Positions 24,701-40,700 of a DNA stretch of 64,000 bases are shown one piece after another. The translations under genes and the position numbers were made by a program. Every line of letters starts with the position of its first letter. Positions within the stretch are counted from its first letter, which is position 1. Origin of the DNA: Paramoeba atlantica (lineage: Eukaryota; Protista; Discosea); contig CDRNVI010000149.1 in NCBI GenBank assembly GCA_977017575.1, forward strand, positions 434,001-498,000, given 5' to 3'. Under the pieces are notes generated by a model. That model was not told the DNA's origin. It was given only the letters and a program-made list of their open reading frames with translations, and ran no database searches.

Positions 24701-25633
24701 GATATAGAATTCATTTCAAGAGGAACAATATATATAGGAGCAATTATATATTAAAACAACTTTGAGTTTTTCAGTATCTTTTTTGTAATTAAAATCAGTT
24801 TCATTAATATTTATGATCAATTGAGAGTGAGCAGCATCAATCTTTTCTTACAATTTTTTTATATTTTATTTCAGCTTTTCCTCAAACAAACTGCACCTCT
24901 CTGCCTCAAATGACTCTGAATCAATAAGAAAAAGTTGTTTTTCACTCTAAACAAAGAAATAAATTCAGGTGAAAGAGATTACTTTTGAGAAAGTGGTATT
25001 AATCCAATCTTTGAAGGTGGTTTGGATCAATGAAACTTGGTTTCCATTACATTTTTACACATACTTAACAATTTTATCAATTTGAGAAGGTTCAATCTTT
25101 GTAAAGTGTTTTCATATCTTTGATTTCACTCCAAAAAGCAGATTACCCTAGGTTTTGAAAAGTTTTCTGTTTTGTTGTTAGTCAATTTGAAAAAAACAAC
25201 TTATAGTTGTAAAAGTTTTTATTCATTCTTTTTCATTTGGATTATTAAAAATCAATTTTTTATAAAAACAATAATATTACTTAATTAAAGTTTAACAAAG
25301 AGTCAACTTTTCTTATTCAAAGGTTTCATAAAAAAGAATGTATTTATAAACTAAAAGTTTTAAATTTTACAATGAAATTACTTTAACAAGAAAGATAAAA
25401 GATTTTTTTTTTTTTTTATGAAAGAAGATAATAGATTCTTGAAAATGAATTTAGGTGAAATGAAGCAATTAAACAAAAACCAACAAAAACAAACAAAAAA
25501 CTAAAATCAATTTCAGAAACAAAACTAATTTTCTTTATTTGGCTAAAAAAAAAATATTTTTCTCAATTTGATTTTTATATTTTTGAAAAAAATAAGATTT
25601 TAAATATTCAAAAAAGAGAAAAAAATTTTTGAT

Positions 25634-28600
25634 AAAAAAGAAAATAAAAAATAAATTAAATACATTAATTCAAAACAATTAAGAAATTTGATTGAACCAA
25701 CTTAAAAAATATCATAGATCTGAAATATAAGTTCTAAAAATATCAGAGAATCAGAAAATAAATTAAGGAATTGCATTCAATATGGAGACATAATTAAGAA
25801 ATTGAAATTACAAAAAAATAATATGAAAAAAATGAAACAAAAAATAAATCAAATACATCAACCAAAAACAATTAAGAAATTTTATTGAACCAACTTAAAA
25901 AATATCATAGATCTGAAATATAAGTTCTAAAAATATCAGAGAATCAGAAAATAAATTAAGAAATTACATTCAATATGGAGACATAATTAAGAAATTGAAA
26001 TTACAAAAAATTAATGTAAAAAAAAGAAAATAAAAAATAAATTAAATACATTAATTCAAAACAATTAAGAAATTTGATTGAACCAACTTAAAAAATATCA
26101 TAGATCTGAAATATAAGTTCTAAAAATATCAGAGAATCAGAAAATAAATTAAGGAATTGCATTCAATATGGAGACATAATTAAGAAATTGAAATTACAAA
26201 AAAATAATATGAAAAAAATGAAACAAAAAATAAATCAAATACATCAACCAAAAACAATTAAGAAATTTTATTGAACCAACTTAAAAAATATCATAGATCT
26301 GAAATATAAGTTCTAAAAATATCAGAGAATCAGAAAATAAATTAAGAAATTACATTCAATATGGAGACATAATTAAGAAATTGAAATTACAAAAAATTAA
26401 TGTAAAAAAAAGAAAATAAAAAATAAATTAAATACATTAATTCAAAACAATTAAGAAATTTGATTGAACCAACTTAAAAAATATCATAGATCTGAAATAT
26501 AAGTTCTAAAAATATCAGAGAATCAGAAAATAAATTAAGGAATTGCATTCAATATGGAGACATAATTAAGAAATTGAAATTACAAAAAAATAATATGAAA
26601 AAAATGAAACAAAAAATAAATCAAATACATCAACCAAAAACAATTAAGAAATTTTATTGAACCAACTTAAAAAATATCATAGATCTGAAATATAAGTTCT
26701 AAAAATATCAGAGAATCAGAAAATAAATTAAGAAATTACATTCAATATGGAGACATAATTAAGAAATTGAAATTACAAAAAATTAATGTAAAAAAAAGAA
26801 AATAAAAAATAAATTAAATACATTAATTCAAAACAATTAAGAAATTTGATTGAACCAACTTAAAAAATATCATAGATCTGAAATATAAGTTCTAAAAATA
26901 TCAGAGAATCAGAAAATAAATTAAGGAATTGCATTCAATATGGAGACATAATTAAGAAATTGAAATTACAAAAAAATAATATGAAAAAAATGAAACAAAA
27001 AATAAATCAAATACATCAACCAAAAACAATTAAGAAATTTTATTGAACCAACTTAAAAAATATCATAGATCTGAAATATAAGTTCTAAAAATATCAGAGA
27101 ATCAGAAAATAAATTAAGAAATTACATTCAATATGGAGACATAATTAAGAAATTGAAATTACAAAAAATTAATGTAAAAAAAAGAAAATAAAAAATAAAT
27201 TAAATACATTAATTCAAAACAATTAAGAAATTTGATTGAACCAACTTAAAAAATATCATAGATCTGAAATATAAGTTCTAAAAATATCAGAGAATCAGAA
27301 AATAAATTAAGGAATTGCATTCAATATGGAGACATAATTAAGAAATTGAAATTACAAAAAAATAATATGAAAAAAATGAAACAAAAAATAAATCAAATAC
27401 ATCAACCAAAAACAATTAAGAAATTTTATTGAACCAACTTAAAAAATATCATAGATCTGAAATATAAGTTCTAAAAATATCAGAGAATCAGAAAATAAAT
27501 TAAGAAATTACATTCAATATGGAGACATAATTAAGAAATTGAAATTACAAAAAATTAATGTAAAAAAAAGAAAATAAAAAATAAATTAAATACATTAATT
27601 CAAAACAATTAAGAAATTTGATTGAACCAACTTAAAAAATATCATAGATCTGAAATATAAGTTCTAAAAATATCAGAGAATCAGAAAATAAATTAAGGAA
27701 TTGCATTCAATATGGAGACATAATTAAGAAATTGAAATTACAAAAAAATAATATGAAAAAAATGAAACAAAAAATAAATCAAATACATCAACCAAAAACA
27801 ATTAAGAAATTTTATTGAACCAACTTAAAAAATATCATAGATCTGAAATATAAGTTCTAAAAATATCAGAGAATCAGAAAATAAATTAAGAAATTACATT
27901 CAATATGGAGACATAATTAAGAAATTGAAATTACAAAAAATTAATGTAAAAAAAAGAAAATAAAAAATAAATTAAATACATTAATTCAAAACAATTAAGA
28001 AATTTGATTGAACCAACTTAAAAAATATCATAGATCTGAAATATAAGTTCTAAAAATATCAGAGAATCAGAAAATAAATTAAGGAATTGCATTCAATATG
28101 GAGACATAATTAAGAAATTGAAATTACAAAAAAATAATATGAAAAAAATGAAACAAAAAATAAATCAAATACATCAACCAAAAACAATTAAGAAATTTTA
28201 TTGAACCAACTTAAAAAATATCATAGATCTGAAATATAAGTTCTAAAAATATCAGAGAATCAGAAAATAAATTAAGAAATTACATTCAATATGGAGACAT
28301 AATTAAGAAATTGAAATTACAAAAAATTAATGTAAAAAAAAGAAAATAAAAAATAAATTAAATACATTAATTCAAAACAATTAAGAAATTTGATTGAACC
28401 AACTTAAAAAATATCATAGATCTGAAATATAAGTTCTAAAAATATCAGAGAATCAGAAAATAAATTAAGGAATTGCATTCAATATGGAGACATAATTAAG
28501 AAATTGAAATTACAAAAAAATAATATGAAAAAAATGAAACAAAAAATAAATCAAATACATCAACCAAAAACAATTAAGAAATTTTATTGAACCAACTTAA

Positions 28601-31600
28601 AAAATATCATAGATCTGAAATATAAGTTCTAAAAATATCAGAGAATCAGAAAATAAATTAAGAAATTACATTCAATATGGAGACATAATTAAGAAATTGA
28701 AATTACAAAAAATTAATGTAAAAAAAAGAAAATAAAAAATAAATTAAATACATTAATTCAAAACAATTAAGAAATTTGATTGAACCAACTTAAAAAATAT
28801 CATAGATCTGAAATATAAGTTCTAAAAATATCAGAGAATCAGAAAATAAATTAAGGAATTGCATTCAATATGGAGACATAATTAAGAAATTGAAATTACA
28901 AAAAAATAATATGAAAAAAATGAAACAAAAAATAAATCAAATACATCAACCAAAAACAATTAAGAAATTTTATTGAACCAACTTAAAAAATATCATAGAT
29001 CTGAAATATAAGTTCTAAAAATATCAGAGAATCAGAAAATAAATTAAGAAATTACATTCAATATGGAGACATAATTAAGAAATTGAAATTACAAAAAATT
29101 AATGTAAAAAAAAGAAAATAAAAAATAAATTAAATACATTAATTCAAAACAATTAAGAAATTTGATTGAACCAACTTAAAAAATATCATAGATCTGAAAT
29201 ATAAGTTCTAAAAATATCAGAGAATCAGAAAATAAATTAAGGAATTGCATTCAATATGGAGACATAATTAAGAAATTGAAATTACAAAAAAATAATATGA
29301 AAAAAATGAAACAAAAAATAAATCAAATACATCAACCAAAAACAATTAAGAAATTTTATTGAACCAACTTAAAAAATATCATAGATCTGAAATATAAGTT
29401 CTAAAAATATCAGAGAATCAGAAAATAAATTAAGAAATTACATTCAATATGGAGACATAATTAAGAAATTGAAATTACAAAAAATTAATGTAAAAAAAAG
29501 AAAATAAAAAATAAATTAAATACATTAATTCAAAACAATTAAGAAATTTGATTGAACCAACTTAAAAAATATCATAGATCTGAAATATAAGTTCTAAAAA
29601 TATCAGAGAATCAGAAAATAAATTAAGGAATTGCATTCAATATGGAGACATAATTAAGAAATTGAAATTACAAAAAAATAATATGAAAAAAATGAAACAA
29701 AAAATAAATCAAATACATCAACCAAAAACAATTAAGAAATTTTATTGAACCAACTTAAAAAATATCATAGATCTGAAATATAAGTTCTAAAAATATCAGA
29801 GAATCAGAAAATAAATTAAGAAATTACATTCAATATGGAGACATAATTAAGAAATTGAAATTACAAAAAATTAATGTAAAAAAAAGAAAATAAAAAATAA
29901 ATTAAATACATTAATTCAAAACAATTAAGAAATTTGATTGAACCAACTTAAAAAATATCATAGATCTGAAATATAAGTTCTAAAAATATCAGAGAATCAG
30001 AAAATAAATTAAGGAATTGCATTCAATATGGAGACATAATTAAGAAATTGAAATTACAAAAAAATAATATGAAAAAAATGAAACAAAAAATAAATCAAAT
30101 ACATCAACCAAAAACAATTAAGAAATTTTATTGAACCAACTTAAAAAATATCATAGATCTGAAATATAAGTTCTAAAAATATCAGAGAATCAGAAAATAA
30201 ATTAAGAAATTACATTCAATATGGAGACATAATTAAGAAATTGAAATTACAAAAAATTAATGTAAAAAAAAGAAAATAAAAAATAAATTAAATACATTAA
30301 TTCAAAACAATTAAGAAATTTGATTGAACCAACTTAAAAAATATCATAGATCTGAAATATAAGTTCTAAAAATATCAGAGAATCAGAAAATAAATTAAGG
30401 AATTGCATTCAATATGGAGACATAATTAAGAAATTGAAATTACAAAAAAATAATATGAAAAAAATGAAACAAAAAATAAATCAAATACATCAACCAAAAA
30501 CAATTAAGAAATTTTATTGAACCAACTTAAAAAATATCATAGATCTGAAATATAAGTTCTAAAAATATCAGAGAATCAGAAAATAAATTAAGAAATTACA
30601 TTCAATATGGAGACATAATTAAGAAATTGAAATTACAAAAAATTAATGTAAAAAAAAGAAAATAAAAAATAAATTAAATACATTAATTCAAAACAATTAA
30701 GAAATTTGATTGAACCAACTTAAAAAATATCATAGATCTGAAATATAAGTTCTAAAAATATCAGAGAATCAGAAAATAAATTAAGGAATTGCATTCAATA
30801 TGGAGACATAATTAAGAAATTGAAATTACAAAAAAATAATATGAAAAAAATGAAACAAAAAATAAATCAAATACATCAACCAAAAACAATTAAGAAATTT
30901 TATTGAACCAACTTAAAAAATATCATAGATCTGAAATATAAGTTCTAAAAATATCAGAGAATCAGAAAATAAATTAAGAAATTACATTCAATATGGAGAC
31001 ATAATTAAGAAATTGAAATTACAAAAAATTAATGTAAAAAAAAGAAAATAAAAAATAAATTAAATACATTAATTCAAAACAATTAAGAAATTTGATTGAA
31101 CCAACTTAAAAAATATCATAGATCTGAAATATAAGTTCTAAAAATATCAGAGAATCAGAAAATAAATTAAGGAATTGCATTCAATATGGAGACATAATTA
31201 AGAAATTGAAATTACAAAAAAATAATATGAAAAAAATGAAACAAAAAATAAATCAAATACATCAACCAAAAACAATTAAGAAATTTTATTGAACCAACTT
31301 AAAAAATATCATAGATCTGAAATATAAGTTCTAAAAATATCAGAGAATCAGAAAATAAATTAAGAAATTACATTCAATATGGAGACATAATTAAGAAATT
31401 GAAATTACAAAAAATTAATGTAAAAAAAAGAAAATAAAAAATAAATTAAATACATTAATTCAAAACAATTAAGAAATTTGATTGAACCAACTTAAAAAAT
31501 ATCATAGATCTGAAATATAAGTTCTAAAAATATCAGAGAATCAGAAAATAAATTAAGGAATTGCATTCAATATGGAGACATAATTAAGAAATTGAAATTA

Positions 31601-34600
31601 CAAAAAAATAATATGAAAAAAATGAAACAAAAAATAAATCAAATACATCAACCAAAAACAATTAAGAAATTTTATTGAACCAACTTAAAAAATATCATAG
31701 ATCTGAAATATAAGTTCTAAAAATATCAGAGAATCAGAAAATAAATTAAGAAATTACATTCAATATGGAGACATAATTAAGAAATTGAAATTACAAAAAA
31801 TTAATGTAAAAAAAAGAAAATAAAAAATAAATTAAATACATTAATTCAAAACAATTAAGAAATTTGATTGAACCAACTTAAAAAATATCATAGATCTGAA
31901 ATATAAGTTCTAAAAATATCAGAGAATCAGAAAATAAATTAAGGAATTGCATTCAATATGGAGACATAATTAAGAAATTGAAATTACAAAAAAATAATAT
32001 GAAAAAAATGAAACAAAAAATAAATCAAATACATCAACCAAAAACAATTAAGAAATTTTATTGAACCAACTTAAAAAATATCATAGATCTGAAATATAAG
32101 TTCTAAAAATATCAGAGAATCAGAAAATAAATTAAGAAATTACATTCAATATGGAGACATAATTAAGAAATTGAAATTACAAAAAATTAATGTAAAAAAA
32201 AGAAAATAAAAAATAAATTAAATACATTAATTCAAAACAATTAAGAAATTTGATTGAACCAACTTAAAAAATATCATAGATCTGAAATATAAGTTCTAAA
32301 AATATCAGAGAATCAGAAAATAAATTAAGGAATTGCATTCAATATGGAGACATAATTAAGAAATTGAAATTACAAAAAAATAATATGAAAAAAATGAAAC
32401 AAAAAATAAATCAAATACATCAACCAAAAACAATTAAGAAATTTTATTGAACCAACTTAAAAAATATCATAGATCTGAAATATAAGTTCTAAAAATATCA
32501 GAGAATCAGAAAATAAATTAAGAAATTACATTCAATATGGAGACATAATTAAGAAATTGAAATTACAAAAAATTAATGTAAAAAAAAGAAAATAAAAAAT
32601 AAATTAAATACATTAATTCAAAACAATTAAGAAATTTGATTGAACCAACTTAAAAAATATCATAGATCTGAAATATAAGTTCTAAAAATATCAGAGAATC
32701 AGAAAATAAATTAAGGAATTGCATTCAATATGGAGACATAATTAAGAAATTGAAATTACAAAAAAATAATATGAAAAAAATGAAACAAAAAATAAATCAA
32801 ATACATCAACCAAAAACAATTAAGAAATTTTATTGAACCAACTTAAAAAATATCATAGATCTGAAATATAAGTTCTAAAAATATCAGAGAATCAGAAAAT
32901 AAATTAAGAAATTACATTCAATATGGAGACATAATTAAGAAATTGAAATTACAAAAAATTAATGTAAAAAAAAGAAAATAAAAAATAAATTAAATACATT
33001 AATTCAAAACAATTAAGAAATTTGATTGAACCAACTTAAAAAATATCATAGATCTGAAATATAAGTTCTAAAAATATCAGAGAATCAGAAAATAAATTAA
33101 GGAATTGCATTCAATATGGAGACATAATTAAGAAATTGAAATTACAAAAAAATAATATGAAAAAAATGAAACAAAAAATAAATCAAATACATCAACCAAA
33201 AACAATTAAGAAATTTTATTGAACCAACTTAAAAAATATCATAGATCTGAAATATAAGTTCTAAAAATATCAGAGAATCAGAAAATAAATTAAGAAATTA
33301 CATTCAATATGGAGACATAATTAAGAAATTGAAATTACAAAAAATTAATGTAAAAAAAAGAAAATAAAAAATAAATTAAATACATTAATTCAAAACAATT
33401 AAGAAATTTGATTGAACCAACTTAAAAAATATCATAGATCTGAAATATAAGTTCTAAAAATATCAGAGAATCAGAAAATAAATTAAGGAATTGCATTCAA
33501 TATGGAGACATAATTAAGAAATTGAAATTACAAAAAAATAATATGAAAAAAATGAAACAAAAAATAAATCAAATACATCAACCAAAAACAATTAAGAAAT
33601 TTTATTGAACCAACTTAAAAAATATCATAGATCTGAAATATAAGTTCTAAAAATATCAGAGAATCAGAAAATAAATTAAGAAATTACATTCAATATGGAG
33701 ACATAATTAAGAAATTGAAATTACAAAAAATTAATGTAAAAAAAAGAAAATAAAAAATAAATTAAATACATTAATTCAAAACAATTAAGAAATTTGATTG
33801 AACCAACTTAAAAAATATCATAGATCTGAAATATAAGTTCTAAAAATATCAGAGAATCAGAAAATAAATTAAGGAATTGCATTCAATATGGAGACATAAT
33901 TAAGAAATTGAAATTACAAAAAAATAATATGAAAAAAATGAAACAAAAAATAAATCAAATACATCAACCAAAAACAATTAAGAAATTTTATTGAACCAAC
34001 TTAAAAAATATCATAGATCTGAAATATAAGTTCTAAAAATATCAGAGAATCAGAAAATAAATTAAGAAATTACATTCAATATGGAGACATAATTAAGAAA
34101 TTGAAATTACAAAAAATTAATGTAAAAAAAAGAAAATAAAAAATAAATTAAATACATTAATTCAAAACAATTAAGAAATTTGATTGAACCAACTTAAAAA
34201 ATATCATAGATCTGAAATATAAGTTCTAAAAATATCAGAGAATCAGAAAATAAATTAAGGAATTGCATTCAATATGGAGACATAATTAAGAAATTGAAAT
34301 TACAAAAAAATAATATGAAAAAAATGAAACAAAAAATAAATCAAATACATCAACCAAAAACAATTAAGAAATTTTATTGAACCAACTTAAAAAATATCAT
34401 AGATCTGAAATATAAGTTCTAAAAATATCAGAGAATCAGAAAATAAATTAAGAAATTACATTCAATATGGAGACATAATTAAGAAATTGAAATTACAAAA
34501 AATTAATGTAAAAAAAAGAAAATAAAAAATAAATTAAATACATTAATTCAAAACAATTAAGAAATTTGATTGAACCAACTTAAAAAATATCATAGATCTG

Positions 34601-37600
34601 AAATATAAGTTCTAAAAATATCAGAGAATCAGAAAATAAATTAAGGAATTGCATTCAATATGGAGACATAATTAAGAAATTGAAATTACAAAAAAATAAT
34701 ATGAAAAAAATGAAACAAAAAATAAATCAAATACATCAACCAAAAACAATTAAGAAATTTTATTGAACCAACTTAAAAAATATCATAGATCTGAAATATA
34801 AGTTCTAAAAATATCAGAGAATCAGAAAATAAATTAAGAAATTACATTCAATATGGAGACATAATTAAGAAATTGAAATTACAAAAAATTAATGTAAAAA
34901 AAAGAAAATAAAAAATAAATTAAATACATTAATTCAAAACAATTAAGAAATTTGATTGAACCAACTTAAAAAATATCATAGATCTGAAATATAAGTTCTA
35001 AAAATATCAGAGAATCAGAAAATAAATTAAGGAATTGCATTCAATATGGAGACATAATTAAGAAATTGAAATTACAAAAAAATAATATGAAAAAAATGAA
35101 ACAAAAAATAAATCAAATACATCAACCAAAAACAATTAAGAAATTTTATTGAACCAACTTAAAAAATATCATAGATCTGAAATATAAGTTCTAAAAATAT
35201 CAGAGAATCAGAAAATAAATTAAGAAATTACATTCAATATGGAGACATAATTAAGAAATTGAAATTACAAAAAATTAATGTAAAAAAAAGAAAATAAAAA
35301 ATAAATTAAATACATTAATTCAAAACAATTAAGAAATTTGATTGAACCAACTTAAAAAATATCATAGATCTGAAATATAAGTTCTAAAAATATCAGAGAA
35401 TCAGAAAATAAATTAAGGAATTGCATTCAATATGGAGACATAATTAAGAAATTGAAATTACAAAAAAATAATATGAAAAAAATGAAACAAAAAATAAATC
35501 AAATACATCAACCAAAAACAATTAAGAAATTTTATTGAACCAACTTAAAAAATATCATAGATCTGAAATATAAGTTCTAAAAATATCAGAGAATCAGAAA
35601 ATAAATTAAGAAATTACATTCAATATGGAGACATAATTAAGAAATTGAAATTACAAAAAATTAATGTAAAAAAAAGAAAATAAAAAATAAATTAAATACA
35701 TTAATTCAAAACAATTAAGAAATTTGATTGAACCAACTTAAAAAATATCATAGATCTGAAATATAAGTTCTAAAAATATCAGAGAATCAGAAAATAAATT
35801 AAGGAATTGCATTCAATATGGAGACATAATTAAGAAATTGAAATTACAAAAAAATAATATGAAAAAAATGAAACAAAAAATAAATCAAATACATCAACCA
35901 AAAACAATTAAGAAATTTTATTGAACCAACTTAAAAAATATCATAGATCTGAAATATAAGTTCTAAAAATATCAGAGAATCAGAAAATAAATTAAGAAAT
36001 TACATTCAATATGGAGACATAATTAAGAAATTGAAATTACAAAAAATTAATGTAAAAAAAAGAAAATAAAAAATAAATTAAATACATTAATTCAAAACAA
36101 TTAAGAAATTTGATTGAACCAACTTAAAAAATATCATAGATCTGAAATATAAGTTCTAAAAATATCAGAGAATCAGAAAATAAATTAAGGAATTGCATTC
36201 AATATGGAGACATAATTAAGAAATTGAAATTACAAAAAAATAATATGAAAAAAATGAAACAAAAAATAAATCAAATACATCAACCAAAAACAATTAAGAA
36301 ATTTTATTGAACCAACTTAAAAAATATCATAGATCTGAAATATAAGTTCTAAAAATATCAGAGAATCAGAAAATAAATTAAGAAATTACATTCAATATGG
36401 AGACATAATTAAGAAATTGAAATTACAAAAAATTAATGTAAAAAAAAGAAAATAAAAAATAAATTAAATACATTAATTCAAAACAATTAAGAAATTTGAT
36501 TGAACCAACTTAAAAAATATCATAGATCTGAAATATAAGTTCTAAAAATATCAGAGAATCAGAAAATAAATTAAGGAATTGCATTCAATATGGAGACATA
36601 ATTAAGAAATTGAAATTACAAAAAAATAATATGAAAAAAATGAAACAAAAAATAAATCAAATACATCAACCAAAAACAATTAAGAAATTTTATTGAACCA
36701 ACTTAAAAAATATCATAGATCTGAAATATAAGTTCTAAAAATATCAGAGAATCAGAAAATAAATTAAGAAATTACATTCAATATGGAGACATAATTAAGA
36801 AATTGAAATTACAAAAAATTAATGTAAAAAAAAGAAAATAAAAAATAAATTAAATACATTAATTCAAAACAATTAAGAAATTTGATTGAACCAACTTAAA
36901 AAATATCATAGATCTGAAATATAAGTTCTAAAAATATCAGAGAATCAGAAAATAAATTAAGGAATTGCATTCAATATGGAGACATAATTAAGAAATTGAA
37001 ATTACAAAAAAATAATATGAAAAAAATGAAACAAAAAATAAATCAAATACATCAACCAAAAACAATTAAGAAATTTTATTGAACCAACTTAAAAAATATC
37101 ATAGATCTGAAATATAAGTTCTAAAAATATCAGAGAATCAGAAAATAAATTAAGAAATTACATTCAATATGGAGACATAATTAAGAAATTGAAATTACAA
37201 AAAATTAATGTAAAAAAAAGAAAATAAAAAATAAATTAAATACATTAATTCAAAACAATTAAGAAATTTGATTGAACCAACTTAAAAAATATCATAGATC
37301 TGAAATATAAGTTCTAAAAATATCAGAGAATCAGAAAATAAATTAAGGAATTGCATTCAATATGGAGACATAATTAAGAAATTGAAATTACAAAAAAATA
37401 ATATGAAAAAAATGAAACAAAAAATAAATCAAATACATCAACCAAAAACAATTAAGAAATTTTATTGAACCAACTTAAAAAATATCATAGATCTGAAATA
37501 TAAGTTCTAAAAATATCAGAGAATCAGAAAATAAATTAAGAAATTACATTCAATATGGAGACATAATTAAGAAATTGAAATTACAAAAAATTAATGTAAA

Positions 37601-39027
37601 AAAAAGAAAATAAAAAATAAATTAAATACATTAATTCAAAACAATTAAGAAATTTGATTGAACCAACTTAAAAAATATCATAGATCTGAAATATAAGTTC
37701 TAAAAATATCAGAGAATCAGAAAATAAATTAAGGAATTGCATTCAATATGGAGACATAATTAAGAAATTGAAATTACAAAAAAATAATATGAAAAAAATG
37801 AAACAAAAAATAAATCAAATACATCAACCAAAAACAATTAAGAAATTTTATTGAACCAACTTAAAAAATATCATAGATCTGAAATATAAGTTCTAAAAAT
37901 ATCAGAGAATCAGAAAATAAATTAAGAAATTACATTCAATATGGAGACATAATTAAGAAATTGAAATTACAAAAAATTAATGTAAAAAAAAGAAAATAAA
38001 AAATAAATTAAATACATCAATTCAAAACAATTAAGAAATTTGATTGAACCAACTTAAAAAATATCATAGATCTGAAATATAAGTTCTAAAAATATCACAG
38101 AATCAGAAAATAAATTAAGGAATTGCATTCAATATGGAGACATAATTAAGAAATTGAAATTACAAAAAAATAATATGAAAAAAATGAAACAAAAAATAAA
38201 TCAAATACATCAACCAAAAACAATTAAGAAATTTTATTGAACCAACTTAAAAAATATCATAGATCTGAAATATAAGTTCTAAAAATATCAGAGAATCAGA
38301 AAATAAATTAAGAAATTACATTCAATATGGAGACATAATTAAGAAATTGAAATTACAAAAAATTAATGTAAAAAAAAGAAAATAAAAAATAAATTAAATA
38401 CATCAATTCAAAACAATTAAGAAATTTGATTGAACCAACTTAAAAAATATCATAGATCTGAAATATAAGTTCTAAAAATATCAGAGAATCAGAAAATAAA
38501 TTAAGGAATTGCATTCAATATGGAGACATAATTAAGAAATTGAAATTACAAAAAAATAATATGAAAAAAATGAAACAAAAAATAAATCAAATACATCAAC
38601 CAAAAACAATTAAGAAATTTTATTGAACCAACTTAAAAAATATCATAGATCTGAAATATAAGTTCTAAAAATATCAGAGAATCAGAAAATAAATTAAGAA
38701 ATTACATTCAATATGGAGACATAATTAAGAAATTGAAATTACAAAAAATTAATGTAAAAAAAAGAAAATAAAAAATAAATTAAATACATCAATTCAAAAC
38801 AATTAAGAAATTTGATTGAACCAACTTAAAAAATATCATAGATCTGAAATATAAGTTCTAAAAATATCAGAGAATCAGAAAATAAATTAAGGAATTGCAT
38901 TCAATATGGAGACATAATTAAGAAATTGAAATTACAAAAAAATAATATGAAAAAAATGAAACAAAAAATAAATCAAATACATCAACCAAAAACAATTAAG
39001 AAATTTTATTGAACCAACTTAAAAAAT
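25634..39027. repeat. AT-rich tandem satellite: 386-bp dimer of two 193-bp monomers, about 34.7 dimers
   Basis: aagaaatttg recurs at 25681, 26067 and 27611 (multiples of 386). agatct recurs every 193 bp. The A and B monomers differ at 14 positions by my alignment. A degenerate partial monomer continues to ~39150. Confidence 0.98.
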
Positions 39028-39199
39028 CTTTTTAAAATAAAAAATAAATTTAAAACATATTATAAAATTAAAAAATAAATTAAAACATTTTATTCAATAT
39101 GGAAACATAATTAAGAAATTGAAATTATAAGAAAATTAATATAAAAAAAATCACTTTTAATAATTTTTTGTTCATTCTCTATTTCAAATGTTCTAGTGG

Positions 39200-40700
39200 A
39201 AAAGGGCAAACAACTCCCCATAAACATTTCATAATAGTGTAAGTCTTGATAACAAGTCAAACTATTGTATGAATAAACTAAAAACTGATTTGAGTGGAGA
39301 GATGTGAGGTGGTGGTGGATAAGATTATATTGTACTGTCCAAATCTGAAATTTTTTAGAATGCCCATACTTATTTAATGAAGTCAATGCAAGTTTTCCAA
39401 GTTGATACAGAAAGTGTGAAGAAGAGTGAATATTTTTCACTCTTGTTGGAACCTTCATCAATAAGTCAGATCCACCACCACAATCAAAACTATCATCATC
39501 AACAATCTGTTCAACTCAAGAAGATAGGTTTTTGATTAGAGCCTTTCAAAAAGCTTCTTTAACAAAATCACATTTATGGGCATGGCAACCAAGAATCTAA
39601 AGGATTTTTCTAGTCATTTGACTCAATTCTCCAACTGCTGCTGGGTTTGAAGGAGTATGATCCTCCATCACAGATCCAAAGGAAGAGAGGCTCAAAGAAT
39701 CTGAAAAGGACTGGGTTTTAGAGAATTTCTTTGCTAGATTTTGAAGACCATTTAAAAGAGAAAAAATATCCTTTGCAATTGACAGGGCATCATGATCAAC
39801 TGTTTCTCAAATACCTAAATTAACATGCCTACCTTTGCCCTGGATCCCAACAGAAAGAAGATTTTATCCTTGTGATGAACTTCCATCATGAGAGAGAGTT
39901 AAGGATTTTTATTCTTGAACTTATAGTAGTGCTTCTAATTTTGATTGGATGCTGCCTTCACAACAAATCTATTGGATTGTGGTTGGTGATGGAAGAGTAG
40001 GGTCTTTTTTCAAAAAAATTCAGAAAAATTCTCAAATTGCAGGAGAAATATTTCTCTGGGCCATATCAAGGGAAGAAAGAGAATTGCAATCCACCAGCAC
40101 CAAGTTCAAGAGTTCTTACCCACTCCTCCTCTTCTTCTTTTCCTTTTTCATCATTCTCCTTATCCTCCTCAGTCTTCTTTGCAAGCAAGAAGGTTATGAA
40201 ATGAAATTTCCTCAGGAAGATCAATCAAATGATGAACTTTATCAACAAAAAGATCAAGGTCATCCAACACTTTGATGTGTGGTGGGTAGCAAATAAAATA
40301 ACCACAAGCAGGTTGGCTTTCCTTGTTTCAATCATAACCACTTCATAAACCACCAGAAAATTCCCCACCACTTCCACAAAAGCAGATTGCCCAACTTTAT
40401 CAAAGAATTTGGGGGTCAATAAAGAAAAACAACCATTTTCATTCAAAACAAAATGTTCAACAACAATTCACAATTTTTGGTGTTTCAATCACTGGTTCCA
40501 GGAGGTCAGTCCTTCTCTAATAATTTTTCAGTCTAAAGCCTTTTCTAATTGTCTTCACCATTTCTCCTCAAACAAGGAAGGAACAGCAATGAATGGTCTA
40601 GCATAAGTCATTGCTTTGTGGTTTGGTCCTTGACAATATTCACACTCAACCTGTACTACTTTCAAGAATCACTTCTTTATGGGTTTCATGAGCCTTTTTT
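39200..40700 (-). pseudogene. Degenerate DDE transposase relic, possibly hAT-like
   Basis: Minus-strand fragments LSHDGSSSQG*NLLSVGI...LGI*ETVDHDALSIAKDI and DHTPSNPAAVGEL...AMPHKCDFV loosely resemble the two hAT Asp motifs and the CxxH motif. Many stops. Confidence 0.3.

Noticed and set aside
25634-39027. CRISPR-like array
   Set aside because: There are no unique spacers; it is a pure tandem satellite in a eukaryotic context.
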